A stretch of 31,978 bases of DNA, taken from the IMG/VR virus record IMGVR_UViG_3300042885_000687, positions 1-31,978 of that record; one strand, 5' to 3'. Of the stretch, positions 8,802-15,352 are shown one piece after another. The number at the start of each line of letters is the position of its first letter. Position 1 is the stretch's first letter. The stretch comes from a virus. Lineage: Duplodnaviria; Caudoviricetes. Made by a program: the position numbers and the translations under genes. The notes under the pieces are model-generated. The model saw only the letters and a program-made list of their open reading frames with translations. It ran no database searches and had not been told where the DNA came from.

Positions 8802-9935
8802 ATGGAAAATAATAATAGTGTGTGTTATGTTGGAATAATCGGAGAGGTTAAACCAATAGAAGGAGCGGACAACATAGAACAAGCGTTGGTTGGTGGATGG
8901 AACGCCATAACTAAAAAAGGTGAATACCAGGTTGGTGATAAGGTTGTTGTTGCAACTACAGATGCGGTGATACCACAAGCATTATCTGACTTGATGGAAG
9001 TGACTAACTACCTTCGTAAAGGTCAAAGAGTTCGTACCGTTAAACTTCGTGGGGTCTATTCTGAGTGTTTGTTAATACCATTCAAATACTTAGCACCAAA
9101 ATCTTTGGAGAACAATGTGAATGAAGGTGATGATATGATGAACATATTGGGTGTTACAAAATATGAACCACCAGTAAAAATGGTTGAAATGAGTGTTGGT
9201 GGTAGAAAGTTCAAGTACCACCAAAACCCTAACTTCCACGTTTACTACAAATTCCCTAACCAAAAGAATGTACCTGATATGTTCAATGAGGAGGATGAGG
9301 TTGTTATAACTCGTAAGTTACACGGAACCAACGCTCGTTACGGAATAGTTAGAAAGAAAAAACTTTCTTTATTGGATCGTGTCAAAATGTTATTTGGGAA
9401 CAAATGGGCGGCGTTTGAATACGTTTACGGTTCTCACAATGTGGAAAAGGGTTCTGACTCTCAAGGGTTTTATAATACCGATGTATGGAAGACTATTGCG
9501 AACAAATACGGTATAAGAAGTAAAATATGGGATCACGTAAAAGATACTTACCACCCAGAAACCTTAACTGAAGGTGTGGTAATATATGGTGAGATATATG
9601 GTGCCGGCATACAAAAAAACTATGAGTATGGTTTAACTGATGTTAAGTTTGTTGGTTTTGATGTTGAGGTTGACGGGGAATACCAACCATACATAAATGA
9701 AACCGTACATTTCGATTGTTTAGATTTACCTAAAGTTGAATTGTTGTACCAAGGTAATTGGGATAAAGAAGAACAAGATAGATACGTCTTCGGTAACTTT
9801 ATAGAAGGAACTAAAGTACCACACGAAGGTATAGTTGTTAAATCCGTTACTGGTGATCGTAGAAAGGTTTCTAAAGTTATCAACCCTGATTACTTGATCT
9901 ATGGTGAAAAAAATAACGTAGGTGACTCCCATTAA
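8802..9935 (+). CDS. ATP-dependent RNA ligase, DRB0094/Rnl5-type
   Basis: N-terminal OB-like domain (PIEGADNIE, TVKLRGVYSE) and nucleotidyltransferase motifs KLHGTN, GEIYG, FDV, EGIVVK and KVINPDY. Confidence 0.9.
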   Translation: MENNNSVCYVGIIGEVKPIEGADNIEQALVGGWNAITKKGEYQVGDKVVVATTDAVIPQALSDLMEVTNYLRKGQRVRTVKLRGVYSECLLIPFKYLAPKSLENNVNEGDDMMNILGVTKYEPPVKMVEMSVGGRKFKYHQNPNFHVYYKFPNQKNVPDMFNEEDEVVITRKLHGTNARYGIVRKKKLSLLDRVKMLFGNKWAAFEYVYGSHNVEKGSDSQGFYNTDVWKTIANKYGIRSKIWDHVKDTYHPETLTEGVVIYGEIYGAGIQKNYEYGLTDVKFVGFDVEVDGEYQPYINETVHFDCLDLPKVELLYQGNWDKEEQDRYVFGNFIEGTKVPHEGIVVKSVTGDRRKVSKVINPDYLIYGEKNNVGDSH

Positions 9936-9957
9936 CTTGATGGGATCACTTTTTTTT
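9922..9957 (+). terminator. intrinsic terminator overlapping the ligase stop codon
   Basis: GTGA(C)TCCCAT pairs with ATGGGATCAC, followed by T8. Confidence 0.7.
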
Positions 9958-9982
9958 CTTATTATTAAAAAAAAAATAACAA

Positions 9983-10249
9983 ATGCCTTATATTAGAATT
10001 GATGTTGATTTAGATGATGTTTATAATGAAATGGATCGTCACGACAAAAGAACGATAGCTGAATGGTTATATGATGACGGTATTTTACAATCACATACGA
10101 ACCCTGAAATTAGGAAAGTTGTTAGGGGGGATGATGAATCCCAAGGTGAAAAAGAATTAAGGGACAATTTAAGTAAGATATGGAAATCATATTACCAATT
10201 GTCAAATGAAGAAGAAGAAATTATTAAAAAAATATCAAGTAGGTTTTAA
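9983..10249 (+). CDS. hypothetical protein
   Basis: 88-aa ORF with an A-rich leader. Confidence 0.7.
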   Translation: MPYIRIDVDLDDVYNEMDRHDKRTIAEWLYDDGILQSHTNPEIRKVVRGDDESQGEKELRDNLSKIWKSYYQLSNEEEEIIKKISSRF

Positions 10250-10437
10250 TGAAACATGAATTAAATACATTTGCATTCTTTTCGAAGAACCTTTTATTCT
10301 ACGCCATTATGATATGGATAGAGAATGATTATAACCCACTTAATTGGTGGATATTTAGCGGGTTCTTTCAGATTGTAATAACTATAATTTTTGAATTATA
10401 TATACTAGGAACATCATTAGAAGAAAAAGAAAAATAA
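10249..10437 (+). CDS. small membrane protein
   Basis: Two hydrophobic segments around a YNPLNW loop, with TAATG overlap. Confidence 0.65.
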   Translation: MKHELNTFAFFSKNLLFYAIMIWIENDYNPLNWWIFSGFFQIVITIIFELYILGTSLEEKEK

Positions 10438-10438
10438 A

Positions 10439-11458
10439 ATGGGAATAAAGAAAATTAAAAAAGAAAACGACACAATTAACATTAGTTTAATTGATTTAAT
10501 GGGTAATTTAGATACTAGCGACACTAAAAAGTATACTCAATTCTTGGTTAAAGTCCTTAAAAAAAATTACGATGAGGATATTAAATACATGATAAAAGAT
10601 GATTCAAGTAGTAGAAGAAAAATTGATGAGATTTTAGGTGATGATAGTTTTAATAGTTGGTTAACAAAAAGATTGATTAGTCAATTATATGGGTGGGATG
10701 AAATGAATTTATTTGTTGATTTTTGCGACTACATGGAAAGAGGATTAATTAATGAAAAAGACATTAGTAAATACGATAGTTGGGACATGGTTGCAAGTGA
10801 AGTATATCAAGCTAAGAACCGTGATTTATTTAAAAAAGCAAAAAAAGAAGTTAAAGTTGTTTATGAGGATGATCAATATACTTGTATTAAACCGTTAACA
10901 TATGAGGCATCGGTATCATATGGTTATCAAACTAGATGGTGTACCGCTTCAGTTCAGGAACCTAGTTACTTTTATAATCACTCAAGAGATGGTGTACTTG
11001 TATACTTAATTGATAAAATTAATAATGTAAAATTTGGATTTTACCACGATCAAAATCAAATTCAAATTTACAACCAAAAAGACAACAGAGTGGATTCAAT
11101 GGAAACGGATCTTCCGTTAGAATTATTACATAAGTTGGTTAGTGAAATGAAATCTGATGCTAAAGACAAAAATTTTAACTACAAGTTATTTAGTGAAAGT
11201 GAATTGGAAAAAATGAGAAAATATAGACGTGATGACCATTATCCAGAAATAGGTCCAATGAATGAAATGTTAACGGAAGGACCAATGGGATTAACAGGAG
11301 GACATGGGCCAATTGGAGAAATGATGGTGGAGGAACCTACAAATGAAGATATAATGATACATACGGGTCTTCGTAATGATATTATAGAAGATATGAGAGA
11401 AAGAGTTCACAGATTTAGACCTGTAAATCCAATTGAGATTGGTGATGAATTACCATAA
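10439..11458 (+). CDS. hypothetical protein with PLxYEASxxYGxxTxWCT motif (paralog of 4582..5454)
   Basis: KPLTYEASVSYGYQTRWCTAS and a low-complexity acidic C-terminal tail. Confidence 0.75.
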   Translation: MGIKKIKKENDTINISLIDLMGNLDTSDTKKYTQFLVKVLKKNYDEDIKYMIKDDSSSRRKIDEILGDDSFNSWLTKRLISQLYGWDEMNLFVDFCDYMERGLINEKDISKYDSWDMVASEVYQAKNRDLFKKAKKEVKVVYEDDQYTCIKPLTYEASVSYGYQTRWCTASVQEPSYFYNHSRDGVLVYLIDKINNVKFGFYHDQNQIQIYNQKDNRVDSMETDLPLELLHKLVSEMKSDAKDKNFNYKLFSESELEKMRKYRRDDHYPEIGPMNEMLTEGPMGLTGGHGPIGEMMVEEPTNEDIMIHTGLRNDIIEDMRERVHRFRPVNPIEIGDELP

Positions 11459-11475
11459 TTTTAAAAAATTATAAT

Positions 11476-11766
11476 ATGGATGAATTAAATAAAAATATTG
11501 AAAAAATGTATTTGAGAATAAACGGTGAAGTGACAGATCGTGAAATGCCACCACCTCCACCAAAAAAAGGTAAAACTAAAACATTTACAATTGATGAAGA
11601 TCAGGTTAAAAAATTAGAGGAATGGCAATCACACATAAAAGCAATATATGGGTCTTATGGTGGATATGAATACCGATTCTCAAGTAATGGTATTGGGACA
11701 ATAGTTACGGTCTATAGTGAATTAGCCGACATTGAATTAGATCTAACTGATGTAGATAGTTGGTAA
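11476..11766 (+). CDS. hypothetical protein
   Basis: 96-aa ORF with a poly-Pro linker. Confidence 0.7.
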   Translation: MDELNKNIEKMYLRINGEVTDREMPPPPPKKGKTKTFTIDEDQVKKLEEWQSHIKAIYGSYGGYEYRFSSNGIGTIVTVYSELADIELDLTDVDSW

Positions 11767-11772
11767 AAAAAC

Positions 11773-11801
11773 TTGACATCACTAAAAATATTACTTATAC
11801 T
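11773..11801 (+). promoter_or_regulatory. canonical sigma70-like promoter TTGACA-17-TATACT
   Basis: TTGACA at 11773-11778 and TATACT at 11796-11801. Confidence 0.7.
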
Positions 11802-11822
11802 TTCATACACAAAACATTTATT

Positions 11823-12257
11823 ATGAACATTAAACAGGCACTTAAGTTAAAAAACAAATTGATCAAATCAATTGCTGACAACACAAAACTACTTCAACAA
11901 TATAATACGGTTGAGGTTGGAAACCCAAGACCATACTCTCCAACAATTTTGTTAGGTAGTATTACAAAAACAACAACCGAGTTGGTTGAATTGAAATCTA
12001 AACTTCACAGAGCAAACGCTCCGATGTTTGAAAAGATTTTTGAAATGTCAGAATTGAAATCAACAATCAAGGCAGTGCAAAAGTTAGAATGTACTGAAGG
12101 TAAGTCAAATAGAGATCGTTACCGAATGGAAAGTGAATTGGTTCTAACATCTGAAATTTCTTTGGTTGATAGAAATGAATTCATTAAAAAATTGGAAGAT
12201 AGAATTGAACAAATCCAAGACGAAATGGATGTATTCAATTCAAATACAGAAATATAA
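11823..12257 (+). CDS. 144-aa coiled-coil protein, DIP1984/DUF6847-like (start revised from 11760 to 11823)
   Basis: MNIKQALKLKNKL...LKSKLHRAN...IQDEMDVFNSNTEI resembles the MxLxxAL...LK..I..AN...LD..N..T.I pattern. The promoter lies inside the longer ORF call. Confidence 0.6.
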   Translation: MNIKQALKLKNKLIKSIADNTKLLQQYNTVEVGNPRPYSPTILLGSITKTTTELVELKSKLHRANAPMFEKIFEMSELKSTIKAVQKLECTEGKSNRDRYRMESELVLTSEISLVDRNEFIKKLEDRIEQIQDEMDVFNSNTEI

Positions 12258-12431
12258 TTTGTGAATAAGATTAAAGTTAAACTGTTTTCTACTTATGGTC
12301 TGCTTTAGATAGGTGAATGATTCTGATGATGTAATGGTCCCAAACTCAATATTCAACTTTTGAAAATTCATTACCCTTAAAAACTTAAAATTCGTTAATC
12401 TTTCGGTTTTTAATCTTTGAAACAAATTATA
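12253..12431 (+). ncRNA. candidate structured RNA in the 3' region of the coiled-coil gene
   Basis: TATAATTTGT (12253-12262) pairs with ACAAATTATA (12422-12431), and AAGATTAAA (12267-12275) pairs with TTTAATCTT (12409-12417). A terminator follows. Confidence 0.55.
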
Positions 12432-12433
12432 CT

Positions 12434-12460
12434 AAACCCTCACTTCGGTGGGGGTTTTTT
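12434..12460 (+). terminator. intrinsic terminator
   Basis: AAACCCTCAC-TTCG-GTGGGGGTTT followed by Ts. Confidence 0.9.
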
Positions 12461-12471
12461 ATTTTATAATA

Positions 12472-12479
12472 TATTTATA
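12472..12479 (+). promoter_or_regulatory. TATTTATA putative late-type promoter
   Basis: Lies between the terminator and ATG 12493. Confidence 0.6.
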
Positions 12480-12492
12480 GTAAAAACATTTC

Positions 12493-13626
12493 ATGGAGGA
12501 TAATAAAATTATAATTGAGGAGTTAGGTAGGATTAAAAACCTTATGGGTTACGATCGTTCTAAAACCTTAAACGAAAATATTAATGAAGCCGATGGTATT
12601 GTTGATAAGGTATATAGATGGTTATTACCTTCAGGTGATATTGTTAAAGGTACAGATATTAAGGGTAAAATACCTAAAGGGTCAAAATTACTTAATGGTG
12701 TTAACGCAGAAAAGGCGGTTAATGTTGCTGGAGGGGCAACAACTGCGTCATCACTTGTTGGTGGAGAAACTGCAGCGGTTGCTGGAGCTGAAGTTGCCGC
12801 GGTAGGTGGTGTTGAAGCCGCAACCGTAGGAACAACCGCAGTTGCTGGTGAAGCCGCAACAGGTACGTTTTTAGGTTTAGGTCCTGTTGGTTGGACTGTA
12901 CTTGGTGTTGCGGGTATTGCGGCATTAGGTATGTGGGGTTTAACTAAAGATGATGATATGGGGATGATCACAAGATTGTTTGATATGTGTAAAACAAGTC
13001 CTGATAGAAAAAAATGGAAAAGATTTTTGGGGGATGATGAAGCTAAAAAACTTTCAGGTAAATTATTCCACGCAATGGAGGGGTTAGGTACAAATGAAGA
13101 TGTGGTTTATAAAGTATTTGGATCATTAAAAAGTCCTGCTGATTTTTGTAAGGTTAGTGAAATATATGAAAAATCATTTGGTGAGTCCTTATTAGAAGGA
13201 CTAGATAGTGATTTTGATTATGGTTGGGAACCAATTGCAACATCTTTAGTTGATATGACTAAAAATTACGCTCAATCTGAGGCGGAAGATTATTGTAAAA
13301 AAAATCCTGAAGAATGTGCTAAAAAATTGGAGGAATATTGTAGTAAAAATCCTAAAGATGAAAAATGTAAAGATGTTACCAAAGTTGGTGGTGGAGGTGA
13401 AGAGATTGATGACATTACCTACAAAACTTGTGATGGGACATATAATCTTGGATGTAAAGATGATGAAGATGATGAGGTTTATGCATTACAATCTTGTTTA
13501 GGTGTAAATAAAAGTGGTGAATTTGACAAAAAAACTGAGGAAGCATTGAAAATAAAAACAGGAAAAACATCAATCACGAAACGAGAAATTTGGGCGTTAT
13601 GTGATGAGTTTAATCGAAATAATTAA
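12493..13626 (+). CDS. putative virion protein with a Gly/Ala-rich hydrophobic segment, an annexin-like repeat and a degenerate PGBD
   Basis: GTFLGLGPVGWTVLGVAGIAALG (hydrophobic), LFHAMEGLGTNED...YEKSFGESLLEGL (annexin-like) and VYALQSCLG...GEFDKKTEEAL (PGBD-like). Confidence 0.7.
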   Translation: MEDNKIIIEELGRIKNLMGYDRSKTLNENINEADGIVDKVYRWLLPSGDIVKGTDIKGKIPKGSKLLNGVNAEKAVNVAGGATTASSLVGGETAAVAGAEVAAVGGVEAATVGTTAVAGEAATGTFLGLGPVGWTVLGVAGIAALGMWGLTKDDDMGMITRLFDMCKTSPDRKKWKRFLGDDEAKKLSGKLFHAMEGLGTNEDVVYKVFGSLKSPADFCKVSEIYEKSFGESLLEGLDSDFDYGWEPIATSLVDMTKNYAQSEAEDYCKKNPEECAKKLEEYCSKNPKDEKCKDVTKVGGGGEEIDDITYKTCDGTYNLGCKDDEDDEVYALQSCLGVNKSGEFDKKTEEALKIKTGKTSITKREIWALCDEFNRNN

Positions 13627-13642
13627 AATAAAATTAATACTT

Positions 13643-13673
13643 AAACCCCATCTTTAACAGGTGGGGTTTTTTT
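13643..13673 (+). terminator. intrinsic terminator (pair A, copy 1)
   Basis: AAACCCCATCT-TTAAC-AGGTGGGGTTT followed by Ts. Confidence 0.88.
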
Positions 13674-13784
13674 GTGCTAACTGAATGTTATGAGTATTAG
13701 TTAATCGCTAAATAACATACAATACGTTGATTTAACTTGTAATTTGAAGTATCTATTGGTGTAATAAAATTATAAAAATAGAGT

Positions 13785-15347
13785 ATGAAAAAAATTTACG
13801 CAAGTATTGTAATGTTAATGTTTGTTTTCTTAACAAACGCACAAAGTCAGTTTTGGACTGTTACTGACTACAAGGGGGCTTTTCCTGTGACCGATAATAC
13901 ACCACAGACAGATTGGACTTATGGGTGGTCTAACTTTGATCCTGAGAATACAAATTACCCGGCAACACAAACAACAATAAGTTCTGATATCACAACAAAC
14001 ACAACCTTATCTGGTGTAGTCTTATTACAGAATAAGATATATGTGAAAAATGGTGCAACACTTACAATCCAACCCGGAACAATAATTAGAGGTGACTATT
14101 CAACACAAGGAACTTTAATTGTTACGAGAGGATGTAAATTAATTGCTGAAGGAACACAACAATTACCAATCGTATTCACTTCAAATAATTCAGTTGGAAA
14201 TAGATCTGAAGGTGATTGGGGTGGAGTTGTTATTTTAGGTAACGGAGTTAATAACCAACCTGGTGGTGTTGCAAATATTGAAGGTATTGTACCAACACCT
14301 GATACTGAATTTGGTGGAAGTAATGATATGGATAATTCAGGTTCATTAAAATATGTAAGAATTGAATTTGGTGGTATTCCTTTATCACCTAATAAAGAAA
14401 TTAATGGTATTACTTTTGGTTCGGTTGGATCAGGAACACAAGTAGATTATATCCAGGTTAGTTATTCGGGTGATGATTCATTTGAATGGTTTGGAGGAAC
14501 GGTTAACTGTAAACATTTAATATCATATTCAACAACTGATGATGATTTTGATACTGACTTTGGTTATAGAGGTAATGTTCAGTTTGGGTTATCAATTCGA
14601 AATGAAAATTTGTCAGACGCCGCAGGTGACTCAAATTGTTTCGAATCTGACAATGACGCACAAGGTAGTGTGGCTTTACCACAAACTGCACCTATTTTTT
14701 CTAACTTCACACTTGTTGGGGCTAAAGGTGATGGTAACGTTGTTTTACCTATGGGTGAAAAATTTGAGAAAGCATTTAGAATTAGAAGAAACTCAGCGGT
14801 TTCAGTATTTAACACTCTTGTTGTTGGATGGGAAAAAGGTTTATCGTTAGAAGGAACGTCAGTTGAGGATAACGTATTAGGAGATACACTATCTTTCAAT
14901 AGTAATGTACTTTGTGAAATACCAACAAATTGTTTGGTTACAACACCAGGGTTTTTAAACGCATATTTTTCAAATAACAATAACGATTCATTAACAACAA
15001 TTAATCAAATTAATTGGGTTAATATTTTTGTCCCTAATGGGGTAACTCCTGATTGTAGATTAGATAGTACATCGGTTGTTGCGACAGGTGCGGACTTTAC
15101 AAATGATAAATTCGGTGATTTAACTAATAGTATTAGTGAAACAATCAAAACATCGTTTAAAGTATTCCCTAACCCAACAGAAGGTTTAATCAGTATTGAT
15201 TCTGATAAAAAATCTTTAAATTTTGTAATCTACAATTCATTGGGTAAAGTTGTAAAACAAAACAATACAGACTTATCGGATTTGGAAAATGGTATTTATA
15301 TCATCAATGCTGATGGTCATACGGAAAAAGTTATAGTTAAAAAATAA
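13785..15347 (+). CDS. secreted beta-helix-like protein with a T9SS type A C-terminal sorting domain
   Basis: Signal peptide ending AQ, repeated acidic turns (GDWGGVVILG, DDSFEWFGG, DDDFDTDFG), and C-terminal KVFPNPT...IYNSLGK...LENGIYII...KVIVKK. Confidence 0.85.
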   Translation: MKKIYASIVMLMFVFLTNAQSQFWTVTDYKGAFPVTDNTPQTDWTYGWSNFDPENTNYPATQTTISSDITTNTTLSGVVLLQNKIYVKNGATLTIQPGTIIRGDYSTQGTLIVTRGCKLIAEGTQQLPIVFTSNNSVGNRSEGDWGGVVILGNGVNNQPGGVANIEGIVPTPDTEFGGSNDMDNSGSLKYVRIEFGGIPLSPNKEINGITFGSVGSGTQVDYIQVSYSGDDSFEWFGGTVNCKHLISYSTTDDDFDTDFGYRGNVQFGLSIRNENLSDAAGDSNCFESDNDAQGSVALPQTAPIFSNFTLVGAKGDGNVVLPMGEKFEKAFRIRRNSAVSVFNTLVVGWEKGLSLEGTSVEDNVLGDTLSFNSNVLCEIPTNCLVTTPGFLNAYFSNNNNDSLTTINQINWVNIFVPNGVTPDCRLDSTSVVATGADFTNDKFGDLTNSISETIKTSFKVFPNPTEGLISIDSDKKSLNFVIYNSLGKVVKQNNTDLSDLENGIYIINADGHTEKVIVKK

Positions 15348-15352
15348 TAGGA

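Noticed and set aside
13676-13745. Pho-box-like TAAC repeats upstream of the T9SS/TonB cassette
   Set aside because: Spacing is irregular (13678, 13702, 13713, 13733) and such 4-mers are expected by chance in AT-rich DNA.
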